64,000 nucleotides of DNA from assembly GCA_963822445.1 (NCBI GenBank), contig CAWGHO010000003.1, forward strand, positions 640,001 through 704,000. The letters run 5' to 3'. Position 1 is the first letter of the stretch. Each line of letters opens with the position of its first letter. Below are positions 54,307-64,000 of this stretch, piece after piece. A model generated the notes under the pieces. It saw only the letters and a program-made list of their open reading frames with translations. It was not told the origin of the DNA and ran no database searches. Origin of the DNA: an uncultured Acidobacteriota bacterium. Lineage in GTDB: Bacteria; Acidobacteriota; Thermoanaerobaculia; Gp7-AA8. Both the position numbers and the translations under genes were made by a program.

Positions 54307-55656
54307 ATGTCGAGTCTGGCGCGCTCCTGCCTTCGCGTGCTCCTGATGTACGTCCTCGCGGCGATTGCCGTCGGCATCGTCGTCTACCACCGGTTGCCGA
54401 TCGTCACGGTCGCGATCTGGTCCGGCCTCATCGCCGGCTTCTTCCTCTTCCTGGCCATCGCTTATCTCTTCGCCATCCCGAGAGCCTTCGTCGACTGGTG
54501 GCGCATGCGCCCCGGCGCGAAACCGCGCGACGGAAAGCGAAGCGCGATCATCGGCACGGTCCGACATTCCGGCGCGTCGCTCCATTCGCCATTCACGCGG
54601 CAACCGTGCGTCGCCTATCACTACAAGATCGTGTCGATGGCGGGCGAACAGCCCAAGAACGACTACGAGGGATTCGCGCTCGTGTCTTCGTACATCGCGA
54701 CGGAAGACGGCCAGGTCCGCGTGATGGCGTATCCGGAGCTCGACATTCCCTGGGAGCGCGTGAAAGGGGAGGAGGCCAAACAGCGGGCCCGCGCCTTCAT
54801 CGAGTCGACGACGTTCACCGACATGCGCTCGAAAGGCATCAAGGGCGCGATGGCCGAGCTGAGCGATCTCATGGCCGACGACGATGGCCTGGTCCATTAC
54901 GACCATCGCATCGAACCGGTCACCGAGGATCTGGGGAAATGCATGCTCGAAGAGCGGGTGCTGCTCTCCGGCGACAGCGTCTGCGCCATCGGCAGGTACT
55001 CGGAGGAGAAACGCGCGCTGGTTCCCAATCCGGACGGGATCGTTCAACCGCTGACGATCAAGAAAGGCACGCCGGCGTCGTTCCGCCGCGGACAGATTCG
55101 CAAGGCCATCGGCAGCGCGATCGGCGTCGTGATCCTGCTCGCTCTCCTCACCGTCGCGGCGGGAGTCTTTCTCACCAGCGTTCCCATGGACGCCGCCGAG
55201 CAGCAGAAACCCGATCGCAGATTTTTCTGGGAAGAGGTGAAGCTCGAGCGCTGGATCGAGCGCGAGTACCGGAAGACGCCCGACTCCGGGCCGATGTACT
55301 TCCTCGAGCTCTGCGATCACTGCGCGACCGGCCGGCTGGAAGCGGGAGGACGCGCGATCGAGCTGAAGCACGCCGGGGGTTGGGAGGATGCAACCCAGCG
55401 CGTGGTGCATCTCGCCGCGGCGGAGGGGGAAGCCGACGGCGTGACCATGACTTACGACAAGAAAAAGCGCGGCGGCAAGGTGGCGATCATCATCAACGGC
55501 AGGGAGTTCGTCGTCCCCGACGATTGGCTGTTGCCTTCCGATGTCCAGACCTCGCTGCACACGAACGAGACCCTGGACGGGCGGGTGCGGGTGATGGCCC
55601 CGAACGACTCGATCCGGCTGAGAGCTTCGTTCCGGGCGCCGCTGGAGCAGCGGTGA
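54307..55656 (+). CDS. Membrane protein with GIDE-like domain (hypothetical)
   Basis: N-terminal TM helices; SPFTRQPCVAY and EERVLLSGDSVCAIG motifs. Confidence 0.55.
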   Translation: MSSLARSCLRVLLMYVLAAIAVGIVVYHRLPIVTVAIWSGLIAGFFLFLAIAYLFAIPRAFVDWWRMRPGAKPRDGKRSAIIGTVRHSGASLHSPFTRQPCVAYHYKIVSMAGEQPKNDYEGFALVSSYIATEDGQVRVMAYPELDIPWERVKGEEAKQRARAFIESTTFTDMRSKGIKGAMAELSDLMADDDGLVHYDHRIEPVTEDLGKCMLEERVLLSGDSVCAIGRYSEEKRALVPNPDGIVQPLTIKKGTPASFRRGQIRKAIGSAIGVVILLALLTVAAGVFLTSVPMDAAEQQKPDRRFFWEEVKLERWIEREYRKTPDSGPMYFLELCDHCATGRLEAGGRAIELKHAGGWEDATQRVVHLAAAEGEADGVTMTYDKKKRGGKVAIIINGREFVVPDDWLLPSDVQTSLHTNETLDGRVRVMAPNDSIRLRASFRAPLEQR

Positions 55657-55811
55657 ACGTCAAATAATAGTTGCCCCCTCTCGCACTTTCCTGTACCTTT
55701 GACGGTCATCTGACGTCCATTCAACGAGTTGCGCGCCAGAATTCCGCGTGAAGATCCGCCGTCCCGGGTCTTCAGCGGAGTAATCGGGTCCAAGCAAGAG
55801 GGAGCTACAGC

Positions 55812-58800
55812 GTGAAAAGTCACTCGACGGCCGAGGTATCGGTCCGCCTGCGCTTTGCGGTATCGGTTGTGATTCTGGCGACGCTCGCATTCGCGGGTCA
55901 GGCCGCCGCGCAGGTCATCCCGTACTGGGACAACGGCAACGGATCGGCGATCAACTTCGATCCCGCGCCCTGGCCCTCGACCCCGCAATGGATCGCGTAC
56001 ACGCGAACCAACGACTCCATCAACGACCAGCGCACGCAGGATCCGTCGAACGGCGGCACCAGCCCGCAGGCGTACGTCAACGTCTCCTCCGGTTGCACCG
56101 ACCAAGCCCTGCCCTCGGTTTACTACTACTACGACGCCGCGCGGCAGGTCATCTTCTACCGCTGGCGCGTCGAGAACGCTCCGAACAACTACGCCACCGG
56201 TCCCGCGCCTGGCGCGTTCAGCTCCACCAATCCCTGGCAGTCCGCGCAGTGGACCGTGCTCTTCGACACGAACGGTGACGGCTTCCGCGACTTCGCCGCG
56301 CATCTGAACGGCTCCACCGGATCGCCCTCGGCCCCGATCGACATGATGAATGCGATCTGGAGCCCGACCCTCTCCAACACCCTCGACTACCTCGGCGATC
56401 CGGCCAACGTTCACCTCATCTCGTCGAACCCGACCGCCTTCATCCAGGGCACGTCCGGCAACACCAACAACCAGATTCTCCAGTTCAACGGCAGCGCCGT
56501 GCCGACCGTCGTGCAGTGGCCGAACGGCTCGAGCGAAACCGTTTGGGACTACGGCACGACCCGCGCGACCGACGTCTCCACCAGCACCTGCCGCGAGTAC
56601 TTCGTCGACTACCAGATTCCGCTGGGCATGCTCGACGCGACCGCGTTCGGCGGACCGGCCCTCACCCCGGACACGCCGTTCTCGTTCATGTTCGCAACGG
56701 CGAACAGCCTTCAGAACCCCTTCCAGAAAGACATCGTCCTCAACGGCGACTACACCTGCAACGCCACCGCGCCGGCGCCGTTCGGCGATCCGCTGACGCT
56801 CAGCGGCGGCATCATCGAGCACCCCATCGCGACGTCCGTTGCAGTGGGATCCGGATCGTGTGCGTCCGTGCCCTTGTCGGCGCAGATCCTGGACACGCTC
56901 GAAGTCGAAGAGTGCGAGACCGTCTCGACGCTGTCGAGCGCCACGAAGTTCGTCTACTACTACGACATCAACGGCGACGGCCTCGACAACGACGGCGGCG
57001 TCTGGACCGACGTGGCCGCGCCGGCGACGCGCGACGGAACGATCGTCCGCGCGAACTGGGACACCAGCTCGCTCGTGCAGGGGCAGTACCTCATCGCGGT
57101 CGAGCTGATCGACACCGCCACGCCTGTCCCGCACACGACCCGCACCTGGCTGTCGTCGGCGACGCCTCCGATCTACACGAACTTCCCCACGGCCGGCATC
57201 AGCCCGGCGACGCTCGGCGTCAACTACGCGAAGACCATCATCGCCGGAGCGTGCGGCGCGCTGCCGCCGTCGATGACCAAAGTGGCCAGCACCGCGAACG
57301 TGCAGGCCGGCGGTGCGATGAGCTACACGCTCACGATCACCAACAACGCCGCCACGCCGATCACCCTCTCGACCATCACCGACACGCTGCCCGCGGGCTT
57401 CGCGTACGTCAGCAACGATCCAGGCAATCCCATCACCCCCTCTTCTTCGCCGGCGCCTGGCGCGACCGGCACGATCAGTTGGACATTTCCCGGCGGAACC
57501 ACGGTCCCGGGTAGCGGCTCACAGACTTTCTCCTTCAATGTGACCGCAGGCTCGACGCCGGGAAGTTTTTTCAACACAGCGACCGCGGTGACCAGCGCGG
57601 GCACCGTCTCCGCGGCTGACAACACCGGCATCACCGTGCAGACCGCGGCGATGGCCGTGAGCAAGATCGCCGCGTTCTCCTCGGCACCGACCACGCCGAT
57701 CACCACAGTCGATCGCAACGCCGCCTTCCAGTACACCGTCAACTACTCGAACATCTCCGACACGATCACGAACGGAGTCGTCGTCACGGACACGCTGCCG
57801 TCCGGCGTGACGTTCGTCAGCGCCGTCCCGGTCCCCACGTCGGTCGCGGGAAGCGTCCTGACCTGGAACATCGGCAACGTCGCCGCGAACAGCGGTCCGT
57901 TCACGATCACGATCAACGTCACGGCCACGACGCCGGGATCGCAGACCAACTACGTCGAGCTGACGTCGACGAATGCCGCGACGGAATCAGCGACGGCCAC
58001 CGTGCTCGTCTCCGGTCCCGCGCTGACGATCACCAAGACGGCCACGGCCAGCGCGGTCTCCCCGCCGGCGACCGTCGACTACACCATTACCTACTCGAAC
58101 GTCGGCGACGCGGCGGCGAGCATCACCACCGTCACCGACACCGTGCCGGCCGGCTTCCTGCTCGTGACCGGCGCGCCGACCACCGCGGGCTGCACGCAGG
58201 CTGGCGGCATCGGCACGCAGGTGACCTGCACCGTCAACGCGTCTCTCGCGGCCGGCGCCAGCCAGACCCGCACGCTTCGTTTCTCCGTCACCACCGCGGC
58301 GCCGGATCCCTCGGTCAACACGGCCACGGTCAACGCCAGCAACGCCGCGTCGGCATCGGCGAACTACTCCCTCGGCATCTTCAACAACAGCTGCGGCACC
58401 AGCACGATCCTCGGCGTGCCGAACGTGACCGGCACCGCCTACTTCTTCGACAACGTTCAGACCGACGTCACCACCGGCACGGCCGAGCAGGTCGGCTACA
58501 CCCGCATGACCGCGATCGGTGCCGGGTACGGCGTGGGTACGACGGTGACGTTCTCGGCGCCTCCCGCGGGAACGACAGCCACCGGTACCGCCGTGATCAA
58601 CGGCGGACGGGTCGTCGGCATCACCCTGACCAATCCCGGCTCCGGCTACACCACCGCGCCGACGGTCACCATCACCGGCGGCGGCGGGGCCGGAGCGACC
58701 GCGCAGGCGTTCCTGACCAGCACGCAATACACGACCGCGTTCCCGACGCCGGCCGGTGCGGCCACGACCACGCCGCTGACCATCGTTCCGACGACGCCGA

Positions 58801-61800
58801 TCGAGCTGGCCCGCTTCTACTCGCCCGTGCTGTCCGCCACCGACGCGATGGCCATCACCAACATCAACGACGGCCTGGCCGTGGTGCAGCTCTACATCGA
58901 CAAAAACGGCGCGCCGCAGGTCCAGGCCCGGGTCACGCTTTACGACTTCGACCCGGCCACTCTGACCAGCACCCAGATCGGCCAGGGATTCTCGACGATC
59001 GTCAATGGAAACAAGAACAACGAGCCCCACGCGGTGCTCAACCTGAACATCGCCGCGGGCACGGTCCTCCCGGCCGGCCACCGCCTGCTCTGGACCATCG
59101 AGTACATCAGCAACAACCAGGAAAACGACATCACTCTCCGCTGGGACGGCGCGGCATCCCCGTCCCTCGCCCGCATCTGCGCGGCGCCGATCCGTCCGTC
59201 CATCACCAAGACCGTGGACAAGGCCACGGCCATCCCCGGCGTCGATCAGCTGGTCTACACCATCACCTACAGCAATCCCGGTGGCGGGGCGATCCCGAAC
59301 GTGGTGATCAGCGATCCGCTTCCGGCCGGACTGACCTACGTTTCCGCATCGCCTGCGCCGACGTCCGCCCCCGCGGTCGGAGCCAACGGCACCGTCACCT
59401 GGAGCCTGGGCACGCTCGCCGCGGGCGCTTCGGGAACGCTGACGCTCACCGTCAACACGACCAACGGCATGACCGCATCGTCGGTGACCAACACCGCGAC
59501 GCTGACGAACAACGTCACTGCCCCGGTCAGCGCGTCGGCGACGACGCAACTCCGCAAGCCGGCGGTGTCGATCTCCAAGCGGGTCAATGACGCCGCCCTC
59601 GCGCCCGGCGATACGTTCGCTTACACCATCGACGTCGTGAACGCTGGCAACGCGCCGGCGAGCAGCGTCGTCGTCACCGATTTCCTGCCCAGCTTCATCA
59701 CCTCGACCAACTACACCGGTACGACCAACACCGTGGCCACGGTCACGATGACCGCGCCGGGCAGCGGCTACACCAGCACGCCCACGGTCTCGTTCAGCGG
59801 CGGCGGCGGAACCGGCGCGGCCGGTACGGCCATCGTCTCCGGCAACACCGTGGTCGGCATCAGCATCACCAGCGGCGGCACGGGCTACACCTCCGCGCCG
59901 GCGATTCTCATCAGCGGCGGTGGGGGAGCGGGTGCGACGGCGACGGCGACTCTGGCCGGTGTGACCGTGGCCGGCTCGACGATCACCTTCAACGTCGGAT
60001 CGCTCGCGGTCGGCGCAACGGCGACGTTCGTCATCAACGCCCAGGTCGCGACCTCCGGCATTCCCGCCGGCGACACCACGCTCACGAACACCGCGCAGGT
60101 CGTCGACAGCTACAACACCACGCCGCGGACCTCGACCGCCGACGTCATCGTCAGCGCCGCGCCCGTGCTCACGCTGACCGAGACGGCCACGCCTTCCGCG
60201 AACCGCGTGGTGTACGTGAACGTGACCGCGGGCGGCACCTACACCGACATCCCCACGGTCAGCTTCACCGGCGGCGGCTGCACCGGCGTCACCGGCACAG
60301 TCAGCGTGACCGGCACACCCGGCAACTACACCGTCACCGGCGTGACCATCACCAATCCCGGCAGCGGGTGTACCAGCAACCCGACGGTGGTCTTCACCGG
60401 CGCGGGACCGGGCGGCGCGACCGCGACGCCGACGGTCGGTCCGGCACCCGGCGACACGATCACGTACGTCCTCACCGCGACGAACATCGGCAACGCCACC
60501 GCCACCGGCGTGGTGCTCTTCGACGAGATCCCGAACTACACCAACTACCTCTCCGGCGGCACGTTCTCCATCGACACGGTCTACTCGACCGCGACGAACG
60601 TTGCGCCGGGCGCATCGACGCAGCTCACCTACACGGTCACGGTCGGCGCCTCGCTGCCGAAGGGGCAGACCTCGCTCGTCACGAACGGCGGCCTGACCTC
60701 GACCAACACTCCGCCGCCGGCACCGGTCACCACGACCGTCCTCACCGGCGCGGCACCGGCGTACTCGATCGACAAATCGCCGGACGATCAGTTGAAGCCT
60801 TTCCCGGTGGCCACGCTCACCGCGAACGCGGTCGCCACGACCACGGTCACCGTCGCCTCGACGCGCCTCGTGGAGACCGGCAGCTACGTCGTGATCGGCA
60901 CGACCGCCGCGCAGGTGGTCAGCAAGACCACGACGACGATCACCCTCGACACCGCCGTGACCGCGACCTCGGGCACGAACGTCCTGCAGGCCATCGAGTA
61001 CGTCCTCAGCTACGAGAACGACGGCAATGCTACCGGCACGAACGTCGTCGTCAGTGACGTGCTCCCGGCCGGTCTCGCGTACGGCGGCATTCCCACCGGC
61101 GCGACCGCCCCCAACTCCGCACCGGCCATCGGCGCGAGCGGCACCATCACCTGGAACATCGGCACGCTCGTCAACGGCGACAGCGGCATCCGACGCTTCC
61201 TCGCGTACGCCACGATCGCCGGCACCTACACGAACACGGCCACGATCTCCGACGGCAACACCCTCAACACGTACAACGACTCCGATTCGGCCACGGCCAC
61301 GTTCGGCGCGCTCGATCCGCAGAAGACCACTTCCACGCCGTCGATCATCAATCAGGTCCCGACCAACGTCGCCACCTACACCATCACCGTGAACAACCCG
61401 CTGGCCACCCCGGCCACGAGCGTGCACGTGATCGACAACCTGTCGACCGGCTTCACCTATCGCCCCGGCAGCACGATCATCAACGGCGTGCCGTCGGCCG
61501 ATCCGACCTCGGAGTACGTGGCCGGCATCGCTCTGACCAACGGCGGCTCGGGCTACACCTCCGCGCCGACGGTCACCATCTCCGGCGGCGGCGGAACCGG
61601 CGCCACGGCCAAAGCGACGATCTCCGGCGGCGTGGTCACGGGCATCATCATCACCAACCCCGGCTCGGGCTTTACCTCCGCTCCGACGGTCTCCTTCAGC
61701 GGCGGCGCGGGAGCGGGGGCCGCGGCCACGGCCTTCCTCTCCGACAACACCACCAGCCCACAGTGGGCCGGCCTGACCATCCCCGGCGGCGGCACGCTGA

Positions 61801-64000
61801 CCATCACCTTCAGCGCCGATCTCGCCTCGACAGTCCCGCCGGGTCTGTATCAGAACGAGGTCCTGACCTACGGCAGCATCCCCGCGCTCTACTTCGACTA
61901 CCTCGGCACGACCCAGGAAGACGTGCAGGTCTGCGTGCCTCCGCCGATCGTCTCCGCGCCTCCGGCCTGCGGCAGCTCGGCCGGAAACGTGGCCTCGATC
62001 CTCAATCAGCCGGGATCGACAGTGACCTGGTCGATCACCAACGGCAACGGCACGATCACCACCGCCTCGACCGGCACCATCCACCAGGTGGCCCTCGGCA
62101 GCGGCGGCTCCGGCTACTCCATCGCTCCGGCGGTCTCCTTCACCGGCGGCGGAGGAACGGGTGCGGCCGCGATCGCGACAGTCTCCGGTGGCGTGATCAC
62201 CGCCATCACCATCACCAACCCCGGCAGCGGCTACACCTCCGTGCCGACGGTGGTCATCACCCCGAACGGCAGCGGTTCCGGCGCGACCGCGGCCGCGGTT
62301 CTCGGCACGGGCATCATCTACACCGCCGGTGCGAGCGGCACGGTCAACCTCCAGGTCACCGTGACCCGCGAGTTCAGCAACGACATCCCGGCCTGCAACG
62401 TCGTCTCGAACGAGTCCGTCGCGATCGATCCCTCACCGGCGATCACCGTCGCGCCGGGCGACATCACCGTCTGCCCGAACACCCTGGCGACGTTCACCGT
62501 CACCGCCACCAACGCCACCGCGTATCAGTGGCAGGTCTCGACGAACGGCGGCGGCATCTGGAACAACGTCGTCGGTGCGACTGCTTCGACGTACGCCTTC
62601 ACGGCCACGCTCGCCGAGAACGGCAACCTCTATCGCGTCATCGCCAGCCGCGGCCCGTCCTGCACCATCACCTCCGCGCCGGCGCTGCTCACCGTCTCCT
62701 GCGGACCGGACCTCGCGGTCATCCTCAACGCCGACACGCCCGACCCGGTCATCGCCGGCGAGAACATCACCTACAACCAGCAGGTCCGCAACATCAGCCC
62801 GACCGCGGCCACCGCTCCGAGCTTCACCCAGACCACCCCGGCCGGAACGACGTTCGTCTCCATGACCCCGCCCGCCGGCTGGAGCTGCACCACGCCCGCG
62901 GTCGGCGCGACCGGCGCGATCACCTGCACCGCGGACGCGAACACGCTCGCCGCGAACACGACCACCGGCAACTTCGTGCTCGTCCTCGCCACCAGCGGAA
63001 CGCTCGCCCACGGCGCGACCATCGCCCTTCCGGCGAGCGTTTCCATGCAGGAAGTCGATCCCTCGCCGAGCAACAACACCCTCACCGCGAACACCGGCGT
63101 GATCCGCCGCGTCGACAACGCCGTCGTGAAGACGAACAGCTCGAACGCCCCGCCGTACGGCCCCGGCTATCTCTACAGCCCGCCGTCGCAGCCGGTTCCG
63201 CTGCACTGGACGATCGTCGTCACGAACAACGGCCCGTCGCGCGCCGAGAACACGACCGTCACCGACACGCTCCCCGCGGAGTTCGTCTACGACCACACCA
63301 ATGCTCCCGCGACCTCGACGCAGGGCAGCTGCGCTTACAACTCCGGCACGCGCGTGCTCACCTGCACCATCGGCACGCTGAACAACGGCGACACGGCGAC
63401 GATCACCGTCCCCGGCTTCGTCGACGGCGCGTACGACGACTTCTCCAACACGGCCACGGTCACCCAGACCGAGACCGATCGCGATCTGTCGAACAACAGC
63501 TCCACGAGCAACATCATCCTGCTCGCCCCGACGGCGATCGAGATGCTCGAGCTCGACGCCGTCCAGACGCCGAAGGGCGTGACCGTGCTCTGGCAGACGT
63601 CGCTCGAGACGGACAACATCGGCTTCAACGTCTACCGCAGCGCGGCCGGCGGCCCGATGGAGCAGGTCAACGAGCACCTCATCCACGGCTCCGCGCTGGT
63701 GAAGGGCCGCGGCCACAACGGCCGCAACTACCGCTTCAAGGACATCAAGGTTCCCGCGGGCTTCGTGCAGTACTACGTCGAAGACATCGACATCCACGGC
63801 GTCACGACCATGCACGGGCCGGTCACGCCGCGCATCGGTGAGGACGACGAAGCTGCCGGCTCGCCGACTGATCCCGATCCGGGCATCGGCTCGACGGGCG
63901 GCGTGATCGAGACGGGCAAAGGCATGGGCGTTCCGTTCGCCGAGAAGACCATGCCGGTCGATCAGCGCATGAACCAGCAGTGGCACATCGTCTCCGGCGC
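55812..64000 (+). CDS. Giant secreted DUF11-repeat surface protein (3' partial, >2700 aa)
   Basis: GGAG SD and GTG 55812, then a signal peptide (..FAGQAAAQ). Repeated 'TK....PG..xTYTI...N.G......V.D.LP' domains. The frame is absent from the ORF track, consistent with no stop before the window end. Confidence 0.85.
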   Translation, partial: MKSHSTAEVSVRLRFAVSVVILATLAFAGQAAAQVIPYWDNGNGSAINFDPAPWPSTPQWIAYTRTNDSINDQRTQDPSNGGTSPQAYVNVSSGCTDQALPSVYYYYDAARQVIFYRWRVENAPNNYATGPAPGAFSSTNPWQSAQWTVLFDTNGDGFRDFAAHLNGSTGSPSAPIDMMNAIWSPTLSNTLDYLGDPANVHLISSNPTAFIQGTSGNTNNQILQFNGSAVPTVVQWPNGSSETVWDYGTTRATDVSTSTCREYFVDYQIPLGMLDATAFGGPALTPDTPFSFMFATANSLQNPFQKDIVLNGDYTCNATAPAPFGDPLTLSGGIIEHPIATSVAVGSGSCASVPLSAQILDTLEVEECETVSTLSSATKFVYYYDINGDGLDNDGGVWTDVAAPATRDGTIVRANWDTSSLVQGQYLIAVELIDTATPVPHTTRTWLSSATPPIYTNFPTAGISPATLGVNYAKTIIAGACGALPPSMTKVASTANVQAGGAMSYTLTITNNAATPITLSTITDTLPAGFAYVSNDPGNPITPSSSPAPGATGTISWTFPGGTTVPGSGSQTFSFNVTAGSTPGSFFNTATAVTSAGTVSAADNTGITVQTAAMAVSKIAAFSSAPTTPITTVDRNAAFQYTVNYSNISDTITNGVVVTDTLPSGVTFVSAVPVPTSVAGSVLTWNIGNVAANSGPFTITINVTATTPGSQTNYVELTSTNAATESATATVLVSGPALTITKTATASAVSPPATVDYTITYSNVGDAAASITTVTDTVPAGFLLVTGAPTTAGCTQAGGIGTQVTCTVNASLAAGASQTRTLRFSVTTAAPDPSVNTATVNASNAASASANYSLGIFNNSCGTSTILGVPNVTGTAYFFDNVQTDVTTGTAEQVGYTRMTAIGAGYGVGTTVTFSAPPAGTTATGTAVINGGRVVGITLTNPGSGYTTAPTVTITGGGGAGATAQAFLTSTQYTTAFPTPAGAATTTPLTIVPTTPIELARFYSPVLSATDAMAITNINDGLAVVQLYIDKNGAPQVQARVTLYDFDPATLTSTQIGQGFSTIVNGNKNNEPHAVLNLNIAAGTVLPAGHRLLWTIEYISNNQENDITLRWDGAASPSLARICAAPIRPSITKTVDKATAIPGVDQLVYTITYSNPGGGAIPNVVISDPLPAGLTYVSASPAPTSAPAVGANGTVTWSLGTLAAGASGTLTLTVNTTNGMTASSVTNTATLTNNVTAPVSASATTQLRKPAVSISKRVNDAALAPGDTFAYTIDVVNAGNAPASSVVVTDFLPSFITSTNYTGTTNTVATVTMTAPGSGYTSTPTVSFSGGGGTGAAGTAIVSGNTVVGISITSGGTGYTSAPAILISGGGGAGATATATLAGVTVAGSTITFNVGSLAVGATATFVINAQVATSGIPAGDTTLTNTAQVVDSYNTTPRTSTADVIVSAAPVLTLTETATPSANRVVYVNVTAGGTYTDIPTVSFTGGGCTGVTGTVSVTGTPGNYTVTGVTITNPGSGCTSNPTVVFTGAGPGGATATPTVGPAPGDTITYVLTATNIGNATATGVVLFDEIPNYTNYLSGGTFSIDTVYSTATNVAPGASTQLTYTVTVGASLPKGQTSLVTNGGLTSTNTPPPAPVTTTVLTGAAPAYSIDKSPDDQLKPFPVATLTANAVATTTVTVASTRLVETGSYVVIGTTAAQVVSKTTTTITLDTAVTATSGTNVLQAIEYVLSYENDGNATGTNVVVSDVLPAGLAYGGIPTGATAPNSAPAIGASGTITWNIGTLVNGDSGIRRFLAYATIAGTYTNTATISDGNTLNTYNDSDSATATFGALDPQKTTSTPSIINQVPTNVATYTITVNNPLATPATSVHVIDNLSTGFTYRPGSTIINGVPSADPTSEYVAGIALTNGGSGYTSAPTVTISGGGGTGATAKATISGGVVTGIIITNPGSGFTSAPTVSFSGGAGAGAAATAFLSDNTTSPQWAGLTIPGGGTLTITFSADLASTVPPGLYQNEVLTYGSIPALYFDYLGTTQEDVQVCVPPPIVSAPPACGSSAGNVASILNQPGSTVTWSITNGNGTITTASTGTIHQVALGSGGSGYSIAPAVSFTGGGGTGAAAIATVSGGVITAITITNPGSGYTSVPTVVITPNGSGSGATAAAVLGTGIIYTAGASGTVNLQVTVTREFSNDIPACNVVSNESVAIDPSPAITVAPGDITVCPNTLATFTVTATNATAYQWQVSTNGGGIWNNVVGATASTYAFTATLAENGNLYRVIASRGPSCTITSAPALLTVSCGPDLAVILNADTPDPVIAGENITYNQQVRNISPTAATAPSFTQTTPAGTTFVSMTPPAGWSCTTPAVGATGAITCTADANTLAANTTTGNFVLVLATSGTLAHGATIALPASVSMQEVDPSPSNNTLTANTGVIRRVDNAVVKTNSSNAPPYGPGYLYSPPSQPVPLHWTIVVTNNGPSRAENTTVTDTLPAEFVYDHTNAPATSTQGSCAYNSGTRVLTCTIGTLNNGDTATITVPGFVDGAYDDFSNTATVTQTETDRDLSNNSSTSNIILLAPTAIEMLELDAVQTPKGVTVLWQTSLETDNIGFNVYRSAAGGPMEQVNEHLIHGSALVKGRGHNGRNYRFKDIKVPAGFVQYYVEDIDIHGVTTMHGPVTPRIGEDDEAAGSPTDPDPGIGSTGGVIETGKGMGVPFAEKTMPVDQRMNQQWHIVSG

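Noticed and set aside
57987-62084. 1365-aa minus-strand ORF, and other long antisense or alternate-frame ORFs (e.g. 42790..45612, 12730..14583, 37721..39874)
   Set aside because: Arg/Gly-rich shadow frames of well-supported genes, expected at high GC.

Overview
High-GC bacterial chromosomal window. Gene content and protein style suggest Acidobacteriota, possibly Thermoanaerobaculia-like (inference). It is rich in secreted and surface proteins. It carries a czcCBA-type heavy-metal RND operon, an aerobic benzoyl-CoA (boxR-boxC-boxB) cluster, a CHASE2 kinase/sigma-54 regulator/FecR locus, a barrel-cupredoxin-GGDEF/EAL module, two YfhO-like paralogs, and a >2700-codon DUF11-type surface protein that runs off the right end. 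Four signals stand out. (1) A secreted barrel-like gene has two in-frame TGA codons in a U-P-A-U (CxxC-equivalent) motif followed by a SECIS-like hairpin; it is translationally coupled to a secreted HMA-thioredoxin fusion, making it a candidate double-selenocysteine metal system. (2) A four-helix-bundle (23S-IVS-protein family) gene sits between czcB and czcA inside a perfect 31-bp inverted repeat built of heptamers; the same heptamer is written into czcC, czcB and czcA coding sequence, and similar 'empty' tandem-repeat hairpins occur elsewhere. (3) A conserved C-terminal tri-repeat domain ends four unrelated secreted proteins. (4) tRNA-Glu-like 5' and 3' fragments bracket a single cargo gene. 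All calls come from reading the sequence; no database searches were run.
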